Position numbers and translations under genes: made by a program | Shown here: piece by piece, positions 38,160 to 50,691 of the stretch | How positions within the stretch are numbered: position 1 is the first letter of the stretch | Layout: every line of letters starts with the position of its first letter | Origin: Macrostomum hystrix | Lineage: Eukaryota; Animalia; Platyhelminthes | NCBI GenBank assembly: GCA_950097015.1 | Contig: CATNEN010000002.1 | Location: 4,588,001-4,652,000, forward strand | Length of the DNA stretch: 64,000 nt | Direction: 5' to 3' | The notes under the pieces: generated by a model | Database searches by the model: none | What the model was told of the DNA's origin: nothing | Seen by the model: only the letters and a program-made list of their open reading frames with translations

Positions 38160-39200
38160 CATCCTCTGTTCCTCAATCCCTCTGTTCCTCAATCCCTCTG
38201 TTCCTCAATCCCTCTGTTCCTCAATCCCTCTGTTCCTCAATCCCTCTGTTCCTCAATCCCTCTGTTCCTCAATCCCTCTGTTCCTCAATCCTTCTGTTCC
38301 TCAATCCCTCTGTTCCTCAATCACTCTGTTCCTCAATCCCTCTGTTCCTCAATCACTCTGTTCCTCAATCACTCTGTTCCTCAATCCCTCTGTTCCTCAA
38401 TCCTTCTGTTCCTCAATCCTTCTGTTCCTCAATCCCTCTGTTCCTCAATCCCTCTGTTCCTCAATCCATCTGTTCCTCAATCCCTCTGTTCCTCAATCCC
38501 TCTGTTCCTCAATCCCTCTGTTCCTCAATCCCTCTGTTCCTCAATCCCTCTGTTCCTCAATCCCTCTGTTCCTAAATCTCTCTGTTCCTCAATCCCTCTG
38601 TTCCTCAATCCCTCTGTTCCTCAATCCCTCTGTTCCTCAATCCCTCTGTTCCTAAATCTCTCTGTTCCTCAATCCCTCTGTTCCTCAATCCCTCTGTTCC
38701 TCAATCCCTCTGTTCCTAAATCCCTCTGTTCCTAAATCCCTCTGTTCCTAAATCCCTCTGTTCCTTAATCCCTCTGTTCCTCAATCCCTCTGTTCCTCAA
38801 TCCCAATGTTCCTAAATCTCTCTGTTCCTCAATCCCTCTGTTCCTCAATCCCTATGTTTTTCCTCAATCTCTCCGTTCATCAATTACTCTGCTCCTCAAT
38901 CCTTCTGTTCCTCAATCCCTCTGTTCCTCAATCCCTCTGTTCCTCAATCCCTCTGTTCCTAAATCCCTCTGTTCCTAAATCCCTCTGTTCCTAAATCCCT
39001 CTGTTCCTCAATCCCTCTGTTCCTAAATCCCTCTGTTCCTAAATCCCTCTGTTCCTAAATCTCTCTGTTCCTCAATCCGTTTGTTCCTCAACCTATGTTT
39101 TTCCTCAATCCCTATGTTTTTCCTCAATCTCTCCGTTCATCAATCACTCTGCTCCTCAATCCTTCCGTTCCTCAAATCTCCGTTCCTTAATCACTCTTCT
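38160..39200. repeat. 16-bp minisatellite (CCTCTGTTCCTCAATC)n
   Basis: More than 50 units, degenerating after ~39080. Confidence 0.95.
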
Positions 39201-39307
39201 CCCTTATTCCTCTGTCTGTCTTTCTCTCTCTTTTTCTGCCCTGAAGAAGAATTAAAAAATATTCGATATATTTACTTTACGGCGTCAGTGCCTGGGATTC
39301 GAGGTGC

Positions 39308-39466
39308 TCTCCCTTTCATTCTCCGTCTCTCTCCCTCTCTCTATCCTCTCTCTTCTCTCTCCCCTTCTCTCCTCTCCCTCTCTCTCCCTCTCTCTCCCCC
39401 TCTCTCTCCCCTTCTCTCCTCTCCCTCTCTCTTCCCCTCTCTCTCCCCCTCTCTCTCCCTCTCTGT
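39308..39466. repeat. Imperfect (CT)n polypyrimidine microsatellite
   Basis: Directly visible. Confidence 0.85.
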
Positions 39467-40603
39467 TTCTCAGTATTTGCATTCATTATCATACTTTACT
39501 TGTGGATGTATCTATTTCTTTATTTCTGGTCTGCGAAAATTTCTAGTCTAGTACGTCAGTATTTGCTACATTTGCTTGATCTGCGTAACTTTATTTGAAA
39601 ACTTATCCCACGGCTCTCATCTGTCCTGAAGCTTTGCGTATTAATTAAACAATTCCAATTTATTCAGTTTTAGCCTGACCTTCACCAAGTCAGGTGAAGT
39701 TCAAGGTGAAGGTATATTATTAAATAAATATATGTGAAATTCGGATCATGTACTTACCATACTGCTGATGCCTACTTAGCAGCACAATCGGCATGTTATA
39801 GGGTATTTTGACGATAAAAACATTTGGTACAAATTTCTAAATCTGAACTGTTTGATCAACCAAATTATTTTTGTATTCTTTCGTATTGTTATTCTTTAGT
39901 AAAATAAATATTGTAATGGGAACAATTGCTGCTACGGCTTTGGGCTTTTGATTAATTCCTCAGTGATTCAGTTAACTCAGATGTACAAAGTAACAAAAAT
40001 TATTCTGCAATACCGAACTATAATCTATTCATTCTCTATTTATACTGGCAGTTAAAAAGCTTTTTTGTAAAAAAAAACAATGAACAAGTCATCATACAAA
40101 TACACAAGCGTGATTGAGCAAGGCACAAGGCTGCTGTGATTTGGCGAGAAGAAAAGCTTACAAAAAGGCTGCTGAAGGCAAAAGCGGAAACTAGGAAAAT
40201 AACGGAGATCTGTAAGCATTATTGTGTTAATTATCAGAAAAAACGCTAACTAAACTACTGTTGTCGTTGTGTACCAGCAGTAGTGTTAGGGAATATTTCG
40301 CCAAAAATTGCAGGTTAAGATAAATAAAGAACTCATGCAACGGAGAACTTTGAAATGGAACGTAAATTTTTGTTCGACCGCTTTTTTGAAAGGCTGCATA
40401 ATAAAACTAAAAATAAAACTGGACAAAAATCTATGACTACAGAGCAATCTGAATTTCAGTGAATTAAAGCAGCTTCAAAGCGATCGACCTTTCTGACTTT
40501 GGGGTTCTAGCTACAGCGCATGTTTCTAGGGCGCATCAAGCCATGTCATGACGCGCTGAAGAACTCGAAGCCACGGCGAATTGATCAGCTGAACCCGAGC
40601 TAT

Positions 40604-41434
40604 TCAGGGATAGAAGGCGGTGCTGAAAAACAGACCGTGCTGCCTGCCCAGGCGCATCAGTCCAGAGGACATTGGCGTCTGGTACGACTTGTCGTAGGAT
40701 CCAGGCGCTGGCACCTTGGTGTAGGAGGACGCGAACCTCGGACAGCTGGACCGGAATGAGGAGCGCACGGAGCGCTGGCTCAAGGTGCTGCGACTCGAAT
40801 CGTAGGCGCCGGGTGGTGGACCTTCGCGTGGCTCGAACTCTTTGACAACACGCCTGGTGCGCGACTTGAAGCAGGAGCCGCGGACTGGCTCAGGATCAGA
40901 CCGGATGCTCAGGAAGGTCTCCACGTTGTACTGGCCTGGTGTCAAGTTCGACAGCTGACGATCGACCAATCCCTCAGTCAGGGCGTCCAGCGAGGACTTC
41001 TTCGAGTTTCTGAAGCTATAGCTGCGCTTGTCTTTGGCCAGATCGTCCGTGAAGCTGCGATGGCTGTAGGCTCCTGGCCGGACGCCGCTCCCACCGCCGC
41101 CGCCAAGCCCCGTGCCTGCTTCCAGACTGTTCTTCCGGCCGGAGCTCTTGAAGGCTGATGACGGATAATGGACCTGCTGGATGGAGCTGATGTCGCGTGG
41201 GTCATACTGGCCAACAACCGGATACTTGTTCAGCTGGTCTTCCCACCAGGCGCTGCGATTCTGGTTCGTGCGGTAGCGACCCCAGTCACCCAGCGGCATC
41301 TTCGGCAGCGCCTTGGGCTGCTGCTGACGCCGCTCAGTGGGCAGGGACTCCAGCTGAGTCATGCCGCGTTGCCAAGGACGCTCTTTGTAACTGATGATTG
41401 TGTCAACTAGAAACTGTTGCAGCAACAGACGCAA
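40604..41434 (-). CDS. STPG4: Sperm-tail PG-rich repeat protein, STPG4-like (likely start at ATG 41362, or upstream exons exist)
   Basis: PGxY repeats. Motif order AWWE, SYSFR, LVDRQLSNLTPGQYNV, EGPPPGAY, SSFRSSCPRF, KVPAPGSY, LGRQHGLFF parallels vertebrate STPG4 as I recall it. Confidence 0.78.
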   Translation of the reverse strand: MRLLLQQFLVDTIISYKERPWQRGMTQLESLPTERRQQQPKALPKMPLGDWGRYRTNQNRSAWWEDQLNKYPVVGQYDPRDISSIQQVHYPSSAFKSSGRKNSLEAGTGLGGGGGSGVRPGAYSHRSFTDDLAKDKRSYSFRNSKKSSLDALTEGLVDRQLSNLTPGQYNVETFLSIRSDPEPVRGSCFKSRTRRVVKEFEPREGPPPGAYDSSRSTLSQRSVRSSFRSSCPRFASSYTKVPAPGSYDKSYQTPMSSGLMRLGRQHGLFFSTAFYP

Positions 41435-43130
41435 CTGGCAGACAATGGCCTGCGAAACTCACAAGAGGAAAACTTCCGATGCCGCCTCTCTTTTTGTCTC
41501 TTTTTTGTTCCCCGCAGCTCTGTGGAGAGCGGAGCTGAGGCGGGCCTGTTCCCGCACGGGTCGGATCAGGGAAGAAAGCCTATAGGCTGAATTGGATGAG
41601 AATATCCGAGCAAGTTTGAGAGCTTGAGACCGCGAGAGAGCATCTGCATAAATCATTTAGAGGTAGACGGCAATGCTCTCGCTGTGTCTGCCCAGGCATT
41701 CTCTCAGCATTGTGAGCCCAGTCTCACTGGCTGAATTCTCAATTCCATCAGTTTCTCATCGCCCGCGCCACTGCTCACACCGCAGCACGCGTTGGTCCTG
41801 CTTAAGCGTCTCTTTCTCTCTCTGAACGGCCGCTTCATCTCCGCCCCCACCTGCCCCCGGCAACAAACACAGCCACCCCAACCAGCTCAAGGTTTGGAAT
41901 GGGAAGCGCGTCAGATTGGTCTGACTAGAGACAGGCAGGGGAGATAAAGAGGTGGCTGCGGCTGTGTCAGACGCCTGTCTGCAGCGGAAGAACGAGCGCA
42001 CCTGCTTGGCAATGCGCGAGCTGAGATGGCACTCTTCACCGAGGCGCCCGTATCATTGTGCTGAGCTGAGATACGGCCCCCACTGTTAGACAGGCTTCTA
42101 GTGTTAATTATAATATTGGCTTAGAGACAGGCTCGCACACTGCTCCTGTAGCAGACGTCTCAGGCTGCGCCAATCGTTTTCAAACTCGTGGATGTTGCAC
42201 TTTTGTGTCGCCTCAGCTGTCCTTGCAATGCCACTCTAGCAGCTACTGCATAAAGTTGTCGTCAGATTAAAAAACACTATACTTTAAACCTTTAGAACAG
42301 TTGCTTCTTTTATTACTAAGAGCAGAAAATAAGAAACGAGTTGTTTTACTTGCGTTTGTATTAAAGATTAAGACTTGCTTTGTGACAAGATTATGTTTCT
42401 CTAGATCCTGATCCTTCAGATCCTTCAGATACTACTGTCACTTGAAGGTTGTAAGTAGTGTAGGGACTAGCAATTCAATAAAATAAGGTGAGAATGCCCA
42501 TAGAGGGTCAGAGATTGGACCAGTCAGAAGGCCGCGGCGAGATCAAAGGCAGGTTTAGGTTCACTAGATTATAGGTTTAGCTTTCTCGCGACCGAAAAGG
42601 AATCACAAAGGAGTCAGTCTGTTGAATGCCAGATTATCATTTGTTTGTGTTTGACGATCTGAATTTTTGGCTATAAAGAAGCCTAAAAACAAGAGGGCGC
42701 AGACACGGCGTGTAATGTAATCCATCTAATGTCAAATACGCAAGTTTAATTAGAGCGAATCCAAACACACCCGTTAGTTAGTTATAACGGTCAACATTTT
42801 TTATATGCTTGCGCAAGTATAAATTTTGATATAGATCATGAGAACAATAGGTTTTGGTTTCTAGAAAAATAGACCAAAGTTGCTAACTTACTGTTCTGTC
42901 TACATTGCGAGGCACTAAAGGTGGTAAATAATAAGCCCCAAAAGTTAGCAAAACGACTCCCTATGGTTGCTAAATTATCCCCCTTTCGTGGAAAACTGCT
43001 CTTGTTAAAAAATTATCATTATAGTAGGTAATTCATTTTCCAAAGTGGGAAAATATCGTTGTAAATTATCCAGCACAATAGGAAAATTAAGCCTATCGCT
43101 GGACAAATGATCCCCCACGTGGCAAATTGT

Positions 43131-43629
43131 TCCCTATTATCAAAATATCGCCCCAATTTCCACCGCCATAAAACAATTTTCGCAGTTTTCCTATCAGCTC
43201 ACCAGCCCAACTGCAGTTGGGTCTCGGTGGAAGCCTCCGCCGTCACATTTGAACTGAACGACTCGTCTTCAGCTGACGGCCCAGCCTGCTCGGTGAACCT
43301 GACCCCGGATGCGGAGTTCCGGTCCAGGTCTGAGAACTTCGTGTTCATCATCAACAACAGACACTTCCTGTGCCAACTGTACGTTCAGATTGAAGACCTG
43401 ATCCTCAATGTGAGTGCTGTCTCTGACTCCATGATTCGCATGACAACTCAGTGACAAATCACTCCGAAAACTGCCACTCTCAGAAAACACTATCCCTGTG
43501 CAGCTGGCGGCCCAGAGTCCTGCAGACCAGCACAATGATCCGGGTATTCACCCAAAGCGAGCCGAGCGCAGAACCTGAAGAATTTCAGCAGAACTCGGAT
43601 ATTCACACTGGAGTCCGACTGCTCACTGG
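43131..43629 (+). pseudogene. Inverted, truncated duplicate of the two CUB-like exons of the 29807-37009 gene
   Basis: Near-identical to the reverse complement of 34521-35040. Has a 27-bp in-frame deletion and intact splice sites (43198-43409, 43484-). Diverges after RLLTG and stops soon after. Confidence 0.8.
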
Positions 43630-43683
43630 ACTGCTTGAGCTGCTCAAAAGCGCATCAATTTAAGAATTAGGCTTCTAATTAGG

Positions 43684-43716
43684 CCCTAACCCTAACCCTA
43701 ACCCCTAACCCTAACC
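43684..43716 (+). repeat. Interstitial telomeric repeat (CCCTAA)n, about 5.5 units
   Basis: CCCTAACCCTAACCCTAACCCCTAACCCTAACC. Confidence 0.9.
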
Positions 43717-44777
43717 TCACTGCGTTGGTGAGGCTCATGATCACGATTACTGCTTCTGTCTAGCTTCCCGACACGCAAACCTACAGTTTCTTCACTTTGG
43801 TTCTGATGATTTGTTCTTGACAGTCGAGTGATCCTATAGCAGTTCATTCAATAATGTTCAGTTGCAATAATGTTTTGCCGGAGCCCTTGTTTGCTATCGC
43901 GATTTTTATCAATCGATCTAGCACACTCCCTTATAATACGGTATGTGCATCTCATCTTCAGCATGAGTCCATAGTCCGCAGTATGCAAAATGGACTCTTG
44001 CTGTTCACCCTTTTATTTCGAAAGCCTCGTTTTCAATCCGCGGATTTCTGTCACCCCAAGTTGTCACAATGTCTGGTGAGATGCTGCAAAGCGTTTCGTG
44101 ATCGTCTTGAGAAGGTGATTGCCCAAGGAGGTTCTCCAAACGTGCAGGATTAAACCGAGTCTGGCATGCAGAGCGGCTTGTTGGAACCATTTGAGCAGCG
44201 CATGGCAGCTCTTGGGCCAGGTGATTGATTCGAGGAATCTACCCTTAATTAAGCCATCACCTCTCCAGGTGAACATAGAACGACCTGCTGCATTGGCCAC
44301 TTTGCTGAAAAACGAGCTACGACAATTTGCTGCATTGAGTTGCGATGTGAAAATTCATGGATTTGGGACCAACACGTGCATATTTATGTGTCCTTCTCTG
44401 CAACGCATGCAAGTGTCCGAATACTTTTTGCGCACCCGGTAGGAGACCTATTATGGATGACTAACAACCGATGACAGCGCTTTTCAGATTGTTAGAGGTA
44501 CAAAACATTTATGTACTCGTATCTTCGTATCAGCAGTTTGTTCCATAATTTTTCGGAATCATACCAGATAAATTTGAAACTATCGATTAAATCGAAAGAT
44601 TTTACTATTGTTATTTGTGTGCCAAATCAATGCGCTATATCAATGCAGATAGGGTCTTATTGTGCTTGTAGACAATAGGGGTGGCATCAGTCATTCCAAA
44701 TGTTAATTGGACTCAATGTTCGGCTAGATGTATCGTTTTAACTGTTCAGATGTTTCATTTTTAAAGGAGCTTGATCA

Positions 44778-45556
44778 TCAAACGTTAAAGCCGAAGGCCA
44801 TGACTTCGCAGATGCTCAGTGCCTGTGGTGGATCAGACTGGCTGACTATTCTAACGCGAGAACCATGGGCATTGCAGACGACATTCCGAACGCTGAACGG
44901 TAGGCTGACGTTCACCTGGTTACACGCCACGCCATCCACAATCAGCAGGAACTTGTTGAGCCGGTCACCGCAGCAGTCCTGCCTGTTGTAGATGGTGACG
45001 TAGGACACGACAGCCGGCTCTGACAGCGCGCCCTCCCACCACTCGCCGGCGCCGTTGAGCATAGTTTCGGCGCAGGACCCGTGGCTCATGATGCCGTTTG
45101 TGAGGCCGTCGATCGCCTTGCTGCAGTTCGCGGTCTCAGTGGAACTTTGATTACAGCTTGAAATATTTAATTGCTTTACGCCTAAAATTCAAAGAGGGCT
45201 TATAAATTAGAAGGCGATGTTTAACATGAAGGCACAAAACACCTCAGTGAACAACACCTGCCTTGAGCGAATATGTCACATGTTTCAGTTCTGAGCCAGG
45301 CGCTGGTGTTAAAGAAGGCTCGCACGTGGAACAGCCGGCACAGGCCTTGCAGCCAGTAGAAACCGAAGCACTCGGACATGAGGCCACACAAGAAGCCGCA
45401 GCTGCGCAGGCTGCCGGCTGCTGGCTGAATGAAGAAGTCCCTCGGTGCAACAGTGCTGTCTGTCCTGACTAGAACCAGTTGAGTGTCGGTTGGCGTCGAG
45501 AACATCGTTCCATAAATGCTGGCAAGAACCACCGCAAATATAAACTTCTGAGTCAT
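44778..45556 (-). CDS. Secreted PAN/apple-like + F-type lectin (fucolectin) domain protein, copy 1
   Basis: Exons 45556-45262 (signal peptide, SCGFLC..CFGFYW..LCRLF) and 45181-44778 (KAIDG, GEWW, VTIYNRQDCCGDRL, LSICEV). The reading frame requires a GC donor. Confidence 0.82.
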
Positions 45557-46183
45557 TTTAGTGGCTGTAATTTCTGCTCACTGTTTGACAAGGAGTAAGT
45601 TTTCCTGTTTCTGATGGCGTCGTTTTGGATCTTAATTATATTGAGTCGATTGTTTTCACGAGCTACCCTGAGCTGTCACCAGTGTGGTTTTGTTCCCAGT
45701 GGCTTCATCCAACAGCTTAGCTGTTTGCAAAACACTTCACTAAAATTTAAACTGCTACAGCAGCTTCATTGAGCGGCTGTTTCGATTGAGTCAAATTAAC
45801 AATGCCCTCTTCAGAATTTACCTATCATCAAATGGGGCTTGAATGATTCACTCTTAAGCTCGTCAGATGATTGATGCGCAGAAAACAGCTATGCAGCTGA
45901 CAGAAATACATCAAAGAATAGATTATGCTTCATTTAGTTTCCATCAACTTAATAAAATCCTATTGATGTGTGTGCCTATTAAACACAAGAAAATAACAAT
46001 GCATCCTTCACTTTTGACGTTTATAATGTTTTACCTTTCAGGTATCGCATTTCAGGTCTTTATATGACACCTATATGCGCAGCCACGCAGGAAACAGCTC
46101 GCCATTGTTCATATAATTCTGAATTCGTTCTCGTGGTTCATAACAATGCTTCAATTATTCGATTTGATTTCAATCTTTCAATC

Positions 46184-47540
46184 TCAGAATCCGTAGGCAT
46201 AGAACTCGCAGATGGTGAGGTAATCAGGTGAAACGGCCCTGTTCACAACTCGAATTCGAGAACCAAATGCGCCGCAGCTGACGTTGGCCACGATGAATGG
46301 CGCGCTGACGGCTACCTGATTACACCGCGACCCGTCCACCTGGAGTTCGAACTTGTTCAGTCTCTCCGGGCAACAGTCCAGGCGATTGTGGATAGTGACA
46401 AAGGACACGAGAGACGGAGAGTCCAATATAGCCTCCCACCATTCTCCTATTTGATTTTTATTGGTGTGAGAGCAAAACTCAAACGAAGGACCAATATTGC
46501 CATCCAGAGCCAGGCCGCAAGGAAGGATACCGGGAAATTCAGAGCTTTGTAGACAGCCAGAGACTCGCAGCTGCTTTGCATCTGAAATCCAATGCACAGT
46601 GAAGCTACCAGTTACATAAAGTGATACATATACGAACAAGAAGTAATCCATTCTTTGTCGTGATGACACCTGTCAACAAGAGAACTAACAGAGATTTGTA
46701 TAGCTTGAGTTAGAAGGGCCGGTGGAAAAGCAGTTAACGCATTTGTCTCTCGCAACAATTGTCCCTAAGCTCGATTCTGCGGCGGGGCCGCATTTATTTG
46801 GGGCGCAGCCGCGGAGAAAAGGCTTGGGGGCTTGTCGTGCAATTATGCTTTTGTTCAAGGTCAATCTCCAATGCACAGTGAAGTGTACACTGCCTGACGA
46901 TGAGAAAGTCAGGGCAGATGTACACACGTGTGTGAGTGTGTACCCGCGTACAGTATCAGTGTGCGTGTGTTGCTCAAGAGTCAGGGAAATGTGCAGAATT
47001 TCCTCCTCGCTGGATGTGGGTCTGGTGTCAACAAATGATGTGCGATAGCCACACGAGTAACCCCAACAGCAATCATTAGGTAAATTCGTCATCCATTACC
47101 AAACCCCACTAAACTCAGTTCAAAAGTACGACGAGACCACACTTTAATTTGTGCACTCCTCAATTCGGGGAACAAATTTATCTTCATGTCCTCATGTACA
47201 TGTTCACTTCATCACTGCACGATCTAAAAAGCGACAGACCTGTTACAAATATGACTGACAACTTGTTTGTGCTCGTCCGGGCGCCATTGCGGAAGGCCGC
47301 CAAGTCGAATAGACGGCAGAGGCCTAGCAACCAGTAGAAGCCGTAGCACTCAGGTATGAGGCTGCACACGAAGCCGCAGCTGCGCTGGCTGTCTGCTGGC
47401 TGAGCAAGGAAGTCTCGCGTTTCGTCGACACTGTCAGTCAAAGCAGCGCGGAATTGCACAGCTGGACGGAGCAGCTCGTAGGTTGCAGTAAGCTGAGTTG
47501 CAAAGAACCAGATGATGAGCAGCGCTCCACTGGAACGCAT
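46184..47540 (-). CDS. Secreted PAN/apple-like + F-type lectin domain protein, copy 2
   Basis: Exons 47540-47240 and 46581-46184 (ALDG, CSHT, GEWW, VTIHNRLDCCPERL, LTICEF). Tandem paralogue of copy 1. Confidence 0.84.
46862..47045. mobile_element. Dispersed ~190-bp repeat family, possibly a SINE; other copies at ~53285-53460 (same orientation) and ~31085-31145 (partial, inverted)
   Basis: Shared CACAGTGA.GTGTACACTG..TGA..ATGAGAAAGT.AGGGCAG...CTCCTCGCTGG.TG.GGGTCT.GTGTC...AAATGATG in introns of unrelated genes. Confidence 0.65.
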
Positions 47541-50500
47541 GCTGACCGTGAACAACGGTAGTAGTACGGTGTGACTAGCTTCTGAGTCCTTCGTGGGATA
47601 AGTCGGGTTTCTTATACAACTAAGTAGGAAATATCACGTAGACGCTGATTGAAGGTCTCTCAAATGAAACACCAGGATGAGGATGAGAACTGCACGTTAA
47701 TTGGCGTCCGCATTTTTCATTCCTCAGAGCTTTTAAGCTTTTTACGAAGGCCAGTCAGTCAATAATAGCTCAGTCTACTAAATGGATTGCAGATCTAACC
47801 TGCTACTGTTTTGTTGCAGTGCACATTTTTTACTGAGTCTTAACTTTAAATACCCAGCGAATTAGGCCATGTGACTGAGCATCCTTCGATCGGGACTCAG
47901 CCAGCAACAGCTCTCAAATATTGATATTTGTCAGAGTTTGTCAGAGCTGCTGAGAGAAGCCTAATCATGTACAGTAGTAACAGTGTCGCATTTAATCGAC
48001 AAGAAAAGAAAAGCGGTTTTATCACGTTTATAGCATGCAGTTTCCATTTCCTGCTGAATCTAAAAGGAACAATACGAGCTGCTATAAAGCCGTGATTGGC
48101 ATCGACAACTGAATATATACTGTCTAGCATTTTTATGCGGCCAAATGCACGGAAGACATATATCTACATCTACATGTCTATAGACTATAGGCCAGCTAAA
48201 AATTGGTGAATATTTTTTCGCAAGTATAATCGACATTTCCACTGACTGCTACTTAGCAGAAAGTAGAACTAATTCGCCTAAAAAACTGCCTGCGTGGTCC
48301 GTCTAGGAAATATTATATCTGTAATTATAATAATTTTTATTCGGTAAGCGGCGAATGAAATTAAATTAGATGATATCACTTATGTAAATAGTTTATGGTT
48401 ACACGAATTAAAACAATATGTATTATAGTATTTAATTACAAACCAGCCCATATATTTTTTGTATAAAAAATTTAATGAAAAAACTGTTTTAAAATAGTAT
48501 TATAAATAATAAAAGTAATTAGTAGTTATGATGATTCCAAAATATATCCTTTTTAAAAGTACTTAAATTGAGAATGAAAAAACTTTTTTCATTTTTTCAC
48601 TTCTTTGTTAGTCGAAGATATTAACTAGCATTTATCATTTCATTAAGTTTTGTCCAGCATTGAATCGTTTACTAGCAATGTAAACGACTGTTAACTGGAT
48701 TCAAAATTACCGGGTGCCAGAAATATTTTTGGCAGTTTTTTTGCTCATAAAGCATATAAGCGACATTCCCTGCATTCTGCTCAGATTGGGCCTGGATACT
48801 TAGACTACAAAATAAGGTAACTCTTGCATAGAAGTATCAATGTATCCATGTAGTAAACACTTACACCACAATAGACAAGATGGCAATGGAACCAAGGCAG
48901 TAGTTTTTTTAAGATGGCTTGAAGATTAAAACATTATGCGTTCTTCTGATTTCTAGTATTTATTTAGTTTAACTACAGTACCTAAAAAATAATAAATTAA
49001 ATTAATAATTAAGAACTGGAAGCTGCGGTTTTTTATTTATTATATTTTGTCTCTGTTTTTAGAATATTTATTTAATTAGCTCACTTTACACAGACATAAA
49101 AGTCTATGGCAATTAGTAGATACCTGTTATTTATCACAGTCTAGATTTTTGCTTAGATCTAGACTGCTAGATCTATCTATCTAGATCTATCTAGAATCTA
49201 CAGTCTAGATTCTTTCTTTCTTGCTTAGTTTTGTTATTTAAACAAGAATTCATAAATTGTGCTTAAAATCTGAAATTACACATCTTTTACTTAGTAAATT
49301 ACAATGCAACACATAGGTCTAGTTTTGCAAAAACCCACTATTGAGATTTCAGAAAATCAACCAGACAATGACATCAACAGCTCATAAAGACTATTGTGGT
49401 CCATCTCAGTCCCATTGCTATCTTTTATGGTTCATTTTGGTGTTTAAAAAGACCCCTCAGTTTGAGAAGTGTCCTTTCTTCCTGGGATCCTGCCTCCTTC
49501 TAAAGGGATATGAGAATAACTTGGTCTTATTGTAGGGCCTATTCTAGCTTATAGTAACCTTAACTGGAGAATGGCTCTTTTATAGGAGTTTATCTCTATA
49601 GGACAGAGAATGAAGCATAGCTTTGCTTTCCATAGCAATTCTGTCTTGTTTGTTGTTTGGTATGTGGAAATGCAAATATGGTACACTATGAATTTATAAA
49701 CATCCACTTTGGTAACAATTTAGAATGACTTGAATATTGGTAATTGGTACTCAATGACTAATTATCCTATAAAAAATATTTTTAAATGCATTGTTAAAAT
49801 AAAAATATCATTGACTGAAAGCAAAATGATATGCAATGTTTTCAAGCAGCTAGCTGCTTAATGATGTACACTGTTTACAATAGCCAGCTATTTAGAAAAT
49901 TAGGACCCATAGTAACTACAAGCTCGAAAAACAATTTAATAAGCTGTGTGATAAATGTTTATAACTATATTCTATACATGTAGCTATACTATTTATGACT
50001 TTGCTAGTTGTACCTGGCACAATCAAACTATGGTCCCTCACTCAAATGGCTTCAATATTTATTAGTCTACTTAGGATCTGAGTGTAAAATTCATGTTTGC
50101 ACTGATTTTTAAAAAAAATCTCTTTATTGCAGACAGTAAAGAGTAAAACAATTTAAATACAATATTTGGTTTTTTCTTTAAAAATTCTGCATCTGTTGTT
50201 TATATACCAAGCTATATAAAAAGTTAAGGCTTGTGAGTCATGACCTAGCTATTGCTTTTAAAGATGATATAAAATAATTGTTCCTTGTGTTGACAGGTGA
50301 CAGCAGGACAACCATTTATTTTAAGCCTTTTATTTTTTATGAGCAGTCTTCAGAATAAGATAGTTTTTGCCTTAATGCTTACAACTATATATTTTTATTT
50401 AAAGGTTTGGCTTTTGGGATACCAAGTTTCTGCACTGGGTCCAACAGTTTATACAAATCATAATGAAAATATCTTTTTTGAAACAATATGGGGAAGTTTT

Positions 50501-50691
50501 TACTTATCATTTATGGGTACTAACCATATGATTTTTTAAATTCACACTTACAACAAGCAGTTTTCATTGATTAATTTTTCAACGAAACTAGATTTGAGTA
50601 AAATTTTCACAGCACTTGAATCCCTTCTTCAGCGTGACAGTTCTGTTTCAACTTTGAGTTGCATCGCGGCCCAGCACTAAAAGCCAAAGCA

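Noticed and set aside
37982-38994. SSIPLFLNPSVPQSLC ORFs
   Set aside because: Three-unit period of a 16-bp minisatellite.
41459-42050. Upstream coding exons of STPG4
   Set aside because: Candidate splice sites exist but phases are ambiguous, and recognisable homology starts only after ~41360; may be 5' UTR.
47600-50650. AT-rich 3-kb region between the lectins and CUL1
   Set aside because: No ORF, repeat or RNA structure I can support; likely ordinary divergent-promoter intergenic DNA.
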